DNA of 55,791 bases, filler included, from Squatina squatina (GCA_031763465.1; 4 parts of 4 records of this genome joined end to end with filler, not necessarily neighbours in it); one strand, 5' to 3'; shown: positions 1 through 12,815, counted from the first letter of the whole stretch. The notes: a model not told the origin generated them from the letters alone. Translations and numbers: made by a program.

Positions 1-85
1 ACCATTTACTCAGAGCAACCAGGGATTGGTAATAAAGGTAGCCTTGCCAGTGTCACCCACACCCGATGAACAAGTAAAATAAAAT
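1..85 (+). mobile_element. 3' tail of a SINE/LINE
   Basis: AGGGATTGGTAATAAAGGTAGCCTTGCCAGTGTCACCCACACCC resembles the reverse complement of the tail at ~20620-20680. Confidence 0.55.
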
Positions 86-488
86 GCAAAAGGAAACCAG
101 AGGCAAGGAAACAATGAATGGCTGCAGAGAGACAAGTACAGTGGGATTACTTACAAGCTGACAAGTTGTGCCTTTTTGCCAGATTGCCAAAACTGGAACA
201 CAACTGTCTAATTGGAAAGATCAATTTTTCCAGTCCTGCTTCTGAGCTGCATCACCTGTCTCCAAGCAACAAGGAACACTTAAATGCTGACACTAGACTG
301 CTTACAAGCTTACACCCCTAATCTAGAACACACATTGCATTAGACTTTGGAAGAGACCTTGATGGCAGAGTCACTCCAGATGCACGGGTAAATAGTCTTC
401 ATGGGCCACAATACAATCTGAAAAAAGTGCACAGTGGACAGGAATGTCGGACCTGCTTCAATTGCTAATAGTTTTTTTTCCCCCCCAG

Positions 489-714
489 GATTCTGTCGTG
501 TGGAATGAACTAACTAACTTTGACTTCTCTGAAGCTAATGAGAAAACACCTGCTAAACAGACTCCAGCTAAATTTGAACGATTGCAGCACAGAGGTGGAA
601 TAGGTTATCGCTTTGATGGCCATGCCATTTCAGATCTGAGCAGAAGTACTTGCAGTAACAGCAGTGGGCAGGGCGAGCTCATTCCTATAACGTCCCCTAT
701 CGTTGCTAAGTTCA
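489..714 (+). CDS. MYBL1: MYBL1 (A-Myb) internal exon, 3' end lost in gap
   Basis: Polypyrimidine tract plus CAG acceptor ending at 488. Translates DSVVWNELTNFDFSEA...ELIPITSPIVAKF, resembling human A-Myb DPVAWSDVTSFDISDA...EAVPLTSPNIAKF (recalled). Confidence 0.85.
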
Positions 715-1349
715 NNNNNNNNNNNNNNNNNNNNNNNNNNNNNNNNNNNNNNNNNNNNNNNNNNNNNNNNNNNNNNNNNNNNNNNNNNNNNNNNNNNNNN
801 NNNNNNNNNNNNNNNNNNNNNNNNNNNNNNNNNNNNNNNNNNNNNNNNNNNNNNNNNNNNNNNNNNNNNNNNNNNNNNNNNNNNNNNNNNNNNNNNNNNN
901 NNNNNNNNNNNNNNNNNNNNNNNNNNNNNNNNNNNNAGAAAAAATGTCAATGTAGCATATTTAAAGTCTAGCTGCCTTTTTCAAACAACAAAGAATTGTA
1001 CAAGACCGGTTTTAAGATTAGGAAACCACTAGCCAAATATGTAGGAAAAATTTCATGCAGTTAATTTATGAATAGGCTGCTGTCTAGTGCAATAAATGTT
1101 TGATATTTAGAATCATTCGAAAGGCACTGGATGAATATTGTAAGGGCAGAACCTTTAAGATGGAGGTGGTTTGTGGCTTTTGAAAGTGATTATACATTAT
1201 GGTGCGGGGATTGACAACTACATTAATTCAAAAATCTGATAGGCTAGACAGCCTTTTCCCATCTGAAAGCTGATTTTTATTGTAATTAAAAAGCAAAAGG
1301 CCTGGCATTACCACAGGTGTGTAAGTATGTGTCAAAAGTACAGAAAGGT

Positions 1350-1490
1350 TGACATTTCAGATGCAGACCCTGCGTCGGAAACAGTTGTGATGAAATAAGC
1401 TAGATGATTAACCTGACAAACTTGCTGTATAATTTCAGCATTTCTGTTTTTTTATTTCTGATTTCCAGCACTTGCAGTTTTTCTTTTTCT
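1350..1490. mobile_element. Degenerate Penelope-like shark repeat
   Basis: TTTCAGCATTTCTGTTTTTTTATTTCTGATTTCCAGCACTTGCAG resembles the reverse complement of the repeat at 41980-42102. Confidence 0.45.
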
Positions 1491-1615
1491 GTCATTGTCA
1501 TAATTGTCTTGCTAAAGTATTTTATGGTATAAACCCAGTTATTTGTAAATACTAAAAAATCACAAAACTTCAGTATTACAGCTTTTACATTTTATTTCCT
1601 CCCTTGCAACCCCAG

Positions 1616-1758
1616 TTTTTTAATATCTGCTCTGGCAATGATCACCTGAACCTTGATAACCCAGCACTTACTTCAACTCCAGTCTGCGGGCAAAAAGTTC
1701 TAGTCACAACTCCACTGCGGAAAGACCAAACACCTAGAGTTCAAAAAGAAAATGCAGG
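1616..1758 (+). CDS. MYBL1: MYBL1 internal exon (Myb C-terminal conserved region)
   Basis: cag|TTTTTT...GCAGG|gtgagt. Translates [48 protein letters not shown], the Myb-family TSTPxCGQK...TTPL motif. Confidence 0.93.
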
Positions 1759-2303
1759 GTGAGTAATTCTAGTTCTTCTTCTCTACTTCAGACACACTAG
1801 TAATATTTGGAAAGAATTACTTCAGAAAGATTTTGTTCAATGTCTGGATTTTCTTTTCTTTAAAATCTGTTGGCAAGTGGATTCAAATTCAGATCACCAA
1901 AAGTTTAATTATAAATATAAAAATGTACCTGTTTTCTCTTTCTCTTCACCACCGCCCTCCCCNNNNNNNNNNNNNNNNNNNNNNNNNNNNNNNNNNNNNN
2001 NNNNNNNNNNNNNNNNNNNNNNNNNNNNNNNNNNNNNNNNNNNNNNNNNNNNNNNNNNNNNNTTCTAAAAATTGGTCTTTTGAGGACATGCATGTGCACC
2101 TTCCATAGCTGGAAATTGTTACAAATTTGAGAAATTAATTCTTGACTCTTCTACAAATTATCTTTTGTAAACCAATGAATTTTAACATCTAAAGGAGGTT
2201 TTAAAGCATTTTTAAACAATAATAGTTCGAAGTAGTTTGACCAGTTTAAAAATTCACCATCTGTTTAAATGAAGAAAATGTAATTACTCCTTTGTTTACC
2301 TAG

Positions 2304-2417
2304 CCTCAGTCACTTGCACACTTAGAAGATATTCGAGAAGTCTTAAAGAAGGAGACTGGTGCTGACATATTACTTGGAGAAGGAATGGATCCCATTTTCA
2401 AAGTCTGTGAGCAAGAG
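2304..2417 (+). CDS. MYBL1: MYBL1 internal exon (alternative end at 2420)
   Basis: tag|CCTCAG...; translates PQSLAHLEDIREVLKKETGADILLGEGMDPIFKVCEQE, resembling human QPLAFLEEDIREVLKEETGTD...KSCKQE. Confidence 0.9.
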
Positions 2418-2834
2418 GTGGTAATGTAGTTTCTCTTTTTTTTCTTGTAGCCTGAATGGTTTGTGATCAAGGCTATTCTGACTGATTTGTAATTTCCTGA
2501 TTTTCATCTTTACTCTTGTTCTACTCCACCCCCGCCCCCAACCCAATGTTTCAATTGAAAGCAAATAAAAACTTGTACAAATGAGAAATGAAAGCTGGAA
2601 CAAATTCATGTACCGTTCCTTTGTAGTGGTCTGAACAATACAATGTACAACACTCCAAATAATGAGTGCAGTGACCCAATGACTTCAAAAAACTATAAAA
2701 GCCAAGATAGATTTGTTATAAAGGTTTTTTTTTATCTTGGCAAACTCTATTCTTTTCCATTTCCATTTCCATTTAAGGAAAGTTAAATAGCAGTCGGTTT
2801 CTCCAAGGCTCAGCTAGTTATTTTTTGGCGAAAA

Positions 2835-3143
2835 GTAGCTGAACCACAGACCAAAAAAACCCAAGGTTTAATCTCCAGCCTGAGCTGCGTTAGCACATCT
2901 CAACAATGGCCTGACCTCCCCAGATCAGGGAGAGGAAATCTCCCAGGTTTCATGATCCACGGCAGGCTCTGCTTTGTGTGGACGTCAGGTAGGGACAGAG
3001 GTGAGCTGTGATATCTCACATGGTGGAATAGCCTGCTGATACTCACTGTCAAGGTTCACATATGAAAGAGGTACATGAGACTGACCAGCTCCCATGAAAG
3101 CACACCCCAGTAAGAAGTTAATGCATTCAGGGATATTGGGGAA
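2835..3143 (+). mobile_element. LF-SINE-like element in a MYBL1 intron
   Basis: GTGTGGACGTCAGGTAGGGACAG...GAATAGCCTGCTGATACTCACTGTCAAGGTTCACATATGAA matches the LF-SINE core as recalled. Confidence 0.7.
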
Positions 3144-3421
3144 GTAAGCAAAATGGTCAGAGATAACTTTGAGGGAAAAAAGTAATAGGAAAAAGGATTA
3201 GGTTTTATTTTCAGTAATTATTATACTGTTGTTAAGGTCAGTGAGATTTTGATGCTGGACTTCACAGAATATTGGCTTTGTTGTTATAAAATGTTAATTA
3301 TTCCCAGGTCCTCCTTAGTAAATCAGAGGAATAAAATTACTGCACCAGTATTCCTTCAGTTTGATACGATCAGAATGAGTCATTTTGTGTTGTTGAAAAA
3401 ATGGTGCAATTTGAAAAAAAT

Positions 3422-3575
3422 CTGGGGACTGGTTGGGTGCAGTGTATTAGGCAGGATCTTAGATTGCATCCAGCCTAGAATGATAGCATGAAAGTCTCTT
3501 CCGTCTGTTGGTTATAAGCTCATGTGTGAAATGAGTTTGGATAAGTGTCACTGAATTCTTGATTGGCATAAGTGA
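3422..3575 (+). mobile_element. Ancient tRNA-derived SINE fragment (AmnSINE2-like)
   Basis: ATCCAGCCTAGAATGATAGCATGAAAGTCTC...TGTGAAATGAGTTTGG...TCACTGAATTCTTGATTGG; identification from recall. Confidence 0.4.
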
Positions 3576-4949
3576 ACAGCTTATAAGTGGTGATGATTTT
3601 GCAATGATTTACAATATTACTGAGACAGACCACAAGGATGTTAGGTGTCTAAAATTTAAAAAATCAAACAGATTGAATTACTGGAAAGAACAATTTAAGA
3701 TATGTAGTGACAAGTGTAGCAGTGCCACCAGCAGACTATCACTAGTACTGCAGCTCAACCATGGTCCAACAACTCTCTGGATAATTAAAGGCCTCCCAGC
3801 TTCCCTCTTCACTCTCTCTGCACCAATTTCAAATTGATGCCTTCTCGCCAGTGTCTCCCCAACCAGAAAAAAGTCTTGCAATATTAATGAAGTTAGAGAA
3901 TGTCTAAAATATTGACAGATTGAAGCTAGTTTCTCCAACACAAACAGAGAAAATAAAGAGAGAGTGTCTAACTGACAAAGTGAGTAACAGGTGCTCTGAC
4001 ACTGGCAGTGGTGTTGCTATGATTACTGGGAGGCTGGGATGTCCTTCGGTACTTTGTCTGCTTCCTGCTGCTCCCCCTCCATCATTGATCTGAAACTAAA
4101 GTGGCACAAAGCCTCAGGCAAAGCAATATAACATGATGCTGTCGACTCCTCTTGAAAGCTTGCCATTTATTTGATGATTTCCCATCATTTTTTTCTCTCC
4201 TGGCTAAGATTGAACATGCATCAAGGAAAATACAAAAACAAGGTGGTACATTCTCAGTGAATGAAATAGTCACTCTTCTGCTGTAGCAATCTTCCAATTT
4301 TGTTGGTAAGTACAAATTAAAACCTGGGAAGTCTACGCCAGTGAGCCCTGAATGTAGAATACCACTGGCAGGCAGGCAGGTAGGAAGTAGGGTGTATCCG
4401 ATGTGGGCATTAATACAAGCAGACTGCTTATTTTATTTGCTTATTTTAAGGCGTAGCCCTCGCTCTTCACCAAACTGCTGTAATTTGCCATAGTTGTAGC
4501 CCTGCCTCATGAAGAAAGCACTCTTTATAAAGAGACAGTTAAGATTTACATAACGAAATAGCCACAGAAACAGTTAGTCAGCGGAAATTGCAAAACCTGC
4601 TGGAAGTTCAGTAGCAGCATCTGAAAAGCAGGCAGTAAAGACACAGCTAGTGTAAAAACAGGCTCTAAAATAGATCTAANNNNNNNNNNNNNNNNNNNNN
4701 NNNNNNNNNNNNNNNNNNNNNNNNNNNNNNNNNNNNNNNNNNNNNNNNNNNNNNNNNNNNNNNNNNNNNNNNNNNNNNNTTTTTCCAGCATTTTTTGTTT
4801 GTATTCTAGATTCCAGCATCCGCAGTATTTTGCTTCTGTACTGCTGTTCTCCCCAGCTACTGCCCTACCTCTAACTTCTTTTCTCCAAGATCCTTGTCTC
4901 TGTAGCCACCTCACAGCTTTCTCAAAACTCTTTCGAATCCCTCCAGAAC

Positions 4950-5062
4950 CTGTTCAAGTTGATGTAAAAGATTACATGGTACTATTTGAAGCAGAGCAGG
5001 AAGTTCTCCTGGGGGCGTGGCCAGCATTTCTGAGAATGTGATGAGCTATATAAAGGCAAGTT
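4950..5062 (+). mobile_element. Deu-domain SINE fragment
   Basis: GATGTAAAAGATTACATGGTACTATTTGAAGCAGAGCAGGAAGTTCTCC is homologous to 18930-18990. Confidence 0.7.
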
Positions 5063-5711
5063 TTCTACCTTTTATCTCCTTTGGTGTTAGAGGTGATGGG
5101 TAGGGGGCATGGAAGAAAGGGTTTGAGGGAGCAGTTAGTCATGCAAAAAATATCTTTGGATTGTTCTTGCCTTCTTTGACCTGGAGCCCTAAGCACTTTT
5201 GGCCGAAAGGAGCAAGAAGTGATAACACTTGAGCCAAATCTGGCAGTGAACAACGAGGCCAAATGTATGTTCGAATTTGCGGTCATCTGACTTGAGGGGA
5301 TACACCATAGATAGTAAATGTGACTACTAAACTACTTATACAAAAAAAATTGATTGTTCTGTTGAAGAATAAAGGTGGCTTTACAAGTCAGGCAATCTAA
5401 CCTTGCTGTATTTCATTGGCCGAACAACATTAAGATATTTCGTAATGTATTTAAACACTGCAAGGTTACCTACAAATACAGCACAAATGTACATTTCTGT
5501 TGGGAAATGATTCAAGAATTTGTTTTGATGGAATTTTCTTGATAAAAATATTTTTCAAAAATGTAAATTATTGGAAGAATGACTGTCAGCAAACTAATAG
5601 ATAACTACTCTGGTTGCTTTTTAAGTTACCACCAGACTTGGGTATCACTATAGAAATTTTGAGGTTACATTTTTCCTATTTATGATTCATTTTATTTTGT
5701 ATGATACACAG

Positions 5712-5837
5712 ATGAGCAGTGATTGGGAAGCAGTAGCTTGTGGGAAGACGGAGGATCAGCTAATAATGACTGAACAGGCTCGGAGGTACCTGAATGCGTA
5801 TAATGGCAGCAACACAAGCAGGACTCTGATCCTGTAA
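5712..5837 (+). CDS. MYBL1: MYBL1 terminal coding exon
   Basis: cag|ATGAGC...CTGTAA. Translates MSSDWEAVACGKTEDQLIMTEQARRYLNAYNGSNTSRTLIL*, the diagnostic A-Myb C-terminus. AT-rich 3' UTR follows. Confidence 0.95.
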   Translation: MSSDWEAVACGKTEDQLIMTEQARRYLNAYNGSNTSRTLIL

Positions 5838-8607
5838 TTGGCCACTGACTAAGGAGTCCTATTAATATACACTAAAACTGATTCAGATCATTTTGAGCTG
5901 GCGTCTTTTATCATAAACTTAGCTCCTAACCCACCTAGGTGTGATTTCTATGAAGAGGTTTGAGTCTGTTTAAAATTCTGACATGTAAAAAGAAACCTAA
6001 CCAAAACTAAAATGAAGCTGCTTTTGCTAAATGTAATATGTGCTAATACAGTAGCTTATATTTAAAGCTATATGAAACACAATAGATGGAAAGGTGGGGG
6101 AAAGTACTGTCTAAGTTGCACTCTTTTGTCTTTGATATGCTGTAAAAAAAGACTAAATGCTATTGATGGATATAATGCCATATAATGGGTAATTGTCATG
6201 TAGTTATATTTTTGCAACTGATCCAAATTGTTAACCAAACATTGTGACCAATTAGGATTTGTTGCTTGTAATCAAGCATGAAAAATTAAACCAGCTAATA
6301 TCAAATATTTGGCAACGACAAAACCAAGATAATTTCCTGTTGTATGGNNNNNNNNNNNNNNNNNNNNNNNNNNNNNNNNNNTCAAATAAATGTAAGTGAA
6401 GCATAAAACCAAGTGTTTTTATAATGTAAGGAGACAGGATGAAGAATTTTTTATTTCACAATGGTGAAATACCAGTATTTAACACAAGTCTCTGAAACGT
6501 GAGATAGTGTTTTGAATGTATTGTATGTAGAAGCAGGGAAAAGTTGTAAATTGGGAGAAAAGGGTACGTTTTCTTTAAATTATTTTCAAGTCATGAACAA
6601 GTATTCCTCCTACCTACCCATTCATAGTCATTTTTTGGACCTTGTGATTCATCCTGAAAATCTAGACCCATGTCACTTGGCAAACTGGTGTTGAACATTC
6701 ATTAGACTTATTTGGCGCCCAAAAAGGGAAACACATCCATCTACCACTGAGAGATGAGGAATCCTCTTCAATCTTTGTTTTCAGGTAAAGATCTTCAGCT
6801 TTTTGAAACCTCATTTTCAGAAAGCTTCAAAATGATCATCTGTACTTTATGGCATATTTATGCAAATGTCAAGGGTAATAGCATATTAAAATTAAATTAA
6901 TTTTAATGGATTTGCACCTCAAGGCTTCTTGTGCTATAATGAGACCTAACAGGTGGTGAATAGGGTTCCGTGCACAGGATTGGTGGAGGCCAACACCCAA
7001 GTCCAGATGGAGATGAACAAATCACATCTTTAGCATATACTGCTTTCAATAAATAAAGCTAGAAATCAGATTACCATAAGAGTAACAGTGATTTAACTTG
7101 AGGTTTACTATGTAACATCTTGGAAAACAAAATTCAAAGAAATATATCCTCTTTCAACAGTGGAACTTCATATTTATTGGAATTATATTGAGACTTAAAA
7201 ATCTACAGACCTTTCAACACAAATCTGATATGGGAAAATGCAAATGAAAAGAAATATTGATTGTTACTGCCGACTTACAGATTGGAAAAGAAAATGTAAT
7301 CTTTAAGACCCTTGAATTTTTTGGCGCTCTGTTAGAATTGTGTCTTGGCTTGCTTTGCCATTTGTGACCACTAAATACTCACTAACTGCTAGATGGAGCA
7401 ATTTTTCAGCCACAATCTTTGGACTAACTATATTNNNNNNNNNNNNNNNNNNNNNNNNNNNNNNNNNNNNNNNNNNNNNNNNNNNNNNNNNNNNNNNNNN
7501 NNNNNNNNNNNNNNNNNNNNNNNNNNNNNNNNNNAACCATAGGGCGTGAAATATTGTTGTCAATGCTCTGATCTGCCATTCATTTTTTTTTAGCAAGATA
7601 TTGCATGCAAGTCCATTATTAATCAGTTGCACCTTAAGATCACAATTCATAATTATCCAATTTTTCATAATATATATACTTCCACAAGTGTACTGTAAAC
7701 AAAGATGTTCTATTTAGTACAAGAAGCATTAACTCCACCAATTGCAATCTACTTTTGTGAAAAATGTTGCAGTTTTGGGAGGGGGTAAAAGCCCAGAAGA
7801 TGTTTGTCATTGTTTTTTTGTTTTCATGGCATCACACCCAATTGGTATCATTTTCATGGCATAATGATATTATCATTACATTATATATTTATAAATAGTG
7901 GTGAGAGGGAACTTTTGCAACAACTTTTGAACAGTAATAAAATCATATATATCGTGCTACAACTTCAGCTGACAGTAGACAATCTTTTAAACTCATAAAA
8001 AATTTTTATTTGATTTTGGTTATCTTCTGCATACTTTGGTTGTGCAAACCTAATTAAATGGACATTTTTTTCTGTCGGGTTAAATTGTTAGTGCATATGT
8101 TCATATTGCCTTATTGTGGTTCAAGCAACTAAATGACATGCCATCTTCAATAATACTGAGGTTTCCTCAACTCAATTTATGGTGTCACCATATTGCAGCA
8201 AATTGGAGGGAAAAAACATGCCCTTTGAGCTCAGTATTGAAATTTTTTTTTAAATTCAGTTTGTTTGTCCTTTTTTTAAAGATTTATGCTTAAAACCAAG
8301 CAGTCTACTTTATGTTAATTTTAAAGTATCTCAGAAGANNNNNNNNNNNNNNNNNNNNNNNNNNNNNNNNNNNNNNNNNNNNNNNNNNNNNNNNNNNNNN
8401 NNNNNNNNNNNNNNNNNNNNNNNNNNNNNNNNNNNNNNNNNNNNNNNNNNNNNNNNNNNNNNNNNNNNNNNNNNNNNNNNNNNNNNNNNNNNNNNNNNNN
8501 NNNNNNNNNNNNNNNNNNNNNNNNNNNNNNNNNNNNNNNNNNNNNNNNNNNNNNNNNNNNNNNNNNNNNNNNNNNNNNNNNNNNNNNNNGGTTAGATCTG
8601 TCCACTC

Positions 8608-8693
8608 TTAGTGAGATGAAGTAAGGTGGGAGGAGGCTCGTGGGGACCCGTCGGGCCAAATGGCTTGTTTCTGTGTTGTAAAATTCTATGCAA
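8608..8693 (+). mobile_element. CR1 LINE 3' tail
   Basis: GGGAGGAGGCTCGTGG...GGGCCAAATGGCTTGTTTCTGTGTTGTAAAATTCTATG matches the tail at 19440-19533. Confidence 0.7.
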
Positions 8694-9864
8694 TACAAGC
8701 TATTTAACAGGATAAAGGGGGTAAATGCCAAAGCAGCAGAGACAAGAGGACACTTTTTGAAGGTTGTGTTTTTTTTATTTTTGGTGTGTTTTTTTAGGTG
8801 GTTTTTGTTTCTGCAGGGTTGAAGTTTTGAATGTCAAATACATGTAGCAGTTATATAAATCCTGCAGTTGCTCTGATTACGTAGTCTCTACGGATTTACA
8901 TAACACCATTTTTGATTATATCAGTCTTGCATTATTCACGGACGCTGCATAAACACTGAAAGGTTGTTTAGTTATGCCATTATACTGCCATATGGGTTAA
9001 GCTTTTCTGCAGTGATCTGTCACACATGTGTTTTAGTATCCTGGTGCATGTCCTTTCTTTGCCATGATTAAAAAAGGTACACCAACTGCCTATGTAGAGC
9101 ATATGTATGTTGTGTCAAAATAAATTGCTGCGTGCTAACATGTTGTGTAACTTTTTTTTAAGTTTTAATATTAAATCCTGGTTATCTCAAAATAAAACAA
9201 AATGAAAAAGAAATAGCTGAAATCAGAACAAAGAAGATTAATTAGTAATTTAATAGGTGAGTGAGCCCACTGACCAAGCANNNNNNNNNNNNNNNNNNNN
9301 NNNNNNNNNNNNNNNNNNNNNNNNNNNNNNNNNNNNNNNNNNNNNNNNNNNNNNNNNNNNNNNNNNNNNNNNNNNNNNNNCCATTTTGATACAGCGGGGA
9401 AACACGAAAACCTGAATGGACAGATTCAAACCGGGAGTAACGGGAGATCGATACAGATCTGGGAGGTGAAAATACGTTCAAGGTCTTTGTAGAGGAAAGA
9501 GAGGTCAGAGATGGGGGTGATAGTTTGCAAGGACAGAGGGTTGAGGGTGGTATTTTGGGGGGGATGGTAACCAGTTTTTGTTTCTCAGTAAATATATGTT
9601 TTAAGTATTGAGCAAGTTCAGTGAATATCAGAATCTCCAAAGAACTACTTGAGTAGAAGCCTACATTATTCCATTTCAAACATTCCTGTCAAGGAAACAT
9701 TCATGCTGTACAAAGTTAGTATTGTTTCACTGCTGTTACTGTAATATTTGTATCATTAATACTCATTGGCAAAACTTAACTGCCTAAGTGAAGTCTACAT
9801 TCTCTCACTTAGCCTACACATACAGTTTAGAATAATTCATAAAAATAAATTGACAGCTTTGTAC

Positions 9865-9954
9865 CTTGGCCGAGGGTGGGGGAGGAGGTAGCTCTCTGTT
9901 CGAGAGGGTGCTGGAATGGCCATGCTCCACGATGTTCTGCAACTTGGTCAGGCA
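9865..9954 (-). CDS. Possible partial exon of vexin (VXN/C8orf46), 5' part in gap
   Basis: GC-richer block ending in AAG|GTACAA donor on the minus strand; open frame PDQVAEHRGAWPFQHPLEQRATSSPTLGQ. Position and strand between MYBL1 and ADHFE1 fit VXN synteny, but sequence similarity is weak. Confidence 0.35.
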
Positions 9955-12389
9955 NNNNNNNNNNNNNNNNNNNNNNNNNNNNNNNNNNNNNNNNNNNNNN
10001 NNNNNNNNNNNNNNNNNNNNNNNNNNNNNNNNNNNNNNNNNNNNNNNNNNNNNNAAAAAGTCAGCTCACTTTCTGGAGCCAGGCCATGCCAGCATAAATT
10101 AGCACCACTTCGTAACAAACCATGTTGGTGGAGACAGGTTGTAGCCGTGAATAAAAAATTGTTCTGGCAACAAAATTTATAAACTTCAAAAGGCGTATGC
10201 CATTTAGAGATGGTGAGCAATGAAAATAGAGAGCTTGTAAGGAAGTTAGGTCACTTCAGAAAAATGCATCTTCTCTGTGATATTAATGAACCAGACAACT
10301 TGCTCCAGGCCAGGAAATGACCAAATTTACTGGCACCGTGAGTTAAACAATGGGCTTTTATTGTTCACCAGTTCACAGAAAAACTGCTATGCAGGTGAAA
10401 TCATATACATTTTATGGCAGAGCTGTCTTGACTGCAAAGTTTATCCTATTATATGAATAAAAGGACTGATGTCAGCAGACCAGGAGCGTAAGTTCTGAAG
10501 GAATCAGAAACTGAATGCTTACAAGTTAATGAAATCAGTTCAAAAAGACCAAGGCAGTGCCAGAGCGGCATGTGGTGGGGCGGTTCCATAAATGGGGCTT
10601 GCTCGAATGCCCTCCTGCTGTTGTCACAGTGCTAGCCTTTGTGTACATCAGACACCAGATGGGAGTCAATTACCAAGGTGACAAGGGGATCATCTGGCAG
10701 ACGCTTGCAAAAGTCTGCTGCTGCCTTNNNNNNNNNNNNNNNNNNNNNNNNNNNNNNNNNNNNNNNNNNNNNNNNNNNNNNNNNNNNNNNNNNNNNNNNN
10801 NNNNNNNNNNNNNNNNNNNNNNNNNNNAGTGGAGGGTGAACAGCAGGAAGTCAATATCTTCAGGAGTGGAGGGCAGGGATAAAATAAGGAATGAATTAAT
10901 GTTCTGAAGTTGTTCAAATGATGCAGAAATCTGTGTTGATATGCATTACATATATGACATGTATGCTTCTGAACTACAATAAATCTCAAAATCTTAGTTA
11001 CAAAAAATAATTTTAAAAGTAGAGATTACAAGATAATTCACCAGCTACTTAACTGATTTGCAATTAAATAATACCTTATATTTTCAATAAAAGATTACCT
11101 AGGATCTTCTGATTCATCTATTAAAATTTGAGTTATCCCAAATATTTACATACTAATGATTGTGACTATTGTACAAATGTTCTTGTTTGTACATTCAGGA
11201 AATTTTGAAATTAAATGAGTTGAGATTTGGTGCTTCAAGCAAATGACGATTTGACTGGTGTCCCAGCACCACTTGTCCCCTGATCCTACCTGCCTTAGTG
11301 TAGTATTTTTATAATTATTGTAGAAAGAAGACTTTTGCCACTGACTGTGCAAACAGCAGATTTTCTTTTACTTCCAAAATGTTTCATTCACAGGACTGGA
11401 GTAAAACTTGCCTCTAAAGGAGGCCACATGCAGTACTTAAATATATTTCAGTGTTCCCATGGCATTATATATATAAGACGTAATTACATTAATTTATGTT
11501 CCCTGCACAGAGCTTTACCTGTTGGGAGCACAAATACGTAAAATTATTCCCATAATTTATCTAAACAACCATTTAAACCATAATACTCAATTTCATAATT
11601 TCTTATCCAGATTATTGTGTGGTGATAAAGCACTCCCTCTCACTTAGAATGGGGACACTGACTGTTCCCCTCTTTTTAAAACATGTCTCCTACTGGCTAA
11701 TCGTGGAAGTGATATTGAACCTACAGAATCTCAGTCTCAACAGGGTTTGTACCCACCCTCTCAGCTGCAGAAAGGCAAAGAAAAAAGGGGATAAATATAA
11801 AGGAGTTTGCCCAAATATTCTCATTAACAACATATTTAGAAAGCTGCACAGGTCGCTTTGCATTGAAAATGAATTCAGTACTTGAAGGGTTAAATAATTA
11901 ACCTTATTTTAAAAATGTAGCTTCACAGGATTGTCCTATATTCAACACAAACATTTGACTGTTCAATAAAAACTAGTACTTAGGCCCTATGTCTAAACAC
12001 AAAGGAGCAGACATGTGTTTTGGAAAGAAATTGTAGACAGACTGTGTTAAATGAGGGTTCGTTAAAAATAAGGATAATTGCAGTTGACACTGCCGTGTAA
12101 CAAACAGCTGACCTCTGACTTGTTCCACCTGCCGTTACGCTGATGTCCCGCTGAATGTCTGACAGAAGGCCGTCGCCGGGCAACAGATTAGTGACAGCTG
12201 TGTTCAAACGAAGACTGNNNNNNNNNNNNNNNNNNNNNNNNNNNNNNNNNNNNNNNNNNNNNNNNNNNNNNNNNNNNNNNNNNNNNNNNNNNNNNNNNNN
12301 NNNNNNNNNNNNNNNNNTCACTAGATGTGGACCCAGTTAACATTGAAAAGATCATTGGCACTGTTGACATAGGACTTTTGAGTGGAAAG

Positions 12390-12815
12390 AAGGCGAGACG
12401 CATTGATTTTAATATAGTAGTTTGATTAGTACTACATAACACCAGTACCACATAATCTATACTTGTAGGCAGAATTAAAGCCCATGAGATTAAAGGAACA
12501 ATGGTAGCATAGATACGAAATTGACTCCGGGACAGAAAGCAGAGACTACAGGTGAATGGTCGTTTTTTCAGATTGGAGCGAGGTATACAGTGGTGTTCCC
12601 CACAGGTCGGTATTAGGACCATTCTAATTTTGATATATATTAATAACCTGGACTTTGGTATACAGAGCATAATTTCAAAGCTTGCAGTTGAAAAGAAACT
12701 CGTAAATGTAGTTAACAGAGGAAGATAGTAATAGACTTCAGGAGGGCATAGACAGACTGGTGAAATGGGCAGACACATGGCAGATAAAATTTAATATAGA
12801 TAAGCGTGAAATAGG
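12390..12815 (+). mobile_element. Degenerate CR1 LINE ORF2 reverse transcriptase fragment
   Basis: AGTGGTGTTCCCCACAGGTCGGTATTAGGACCA (SGVPxxSVLGP), IYINxLD and ISKxAx motifs, disrupted by stops and indels. Confidence 0.85.
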
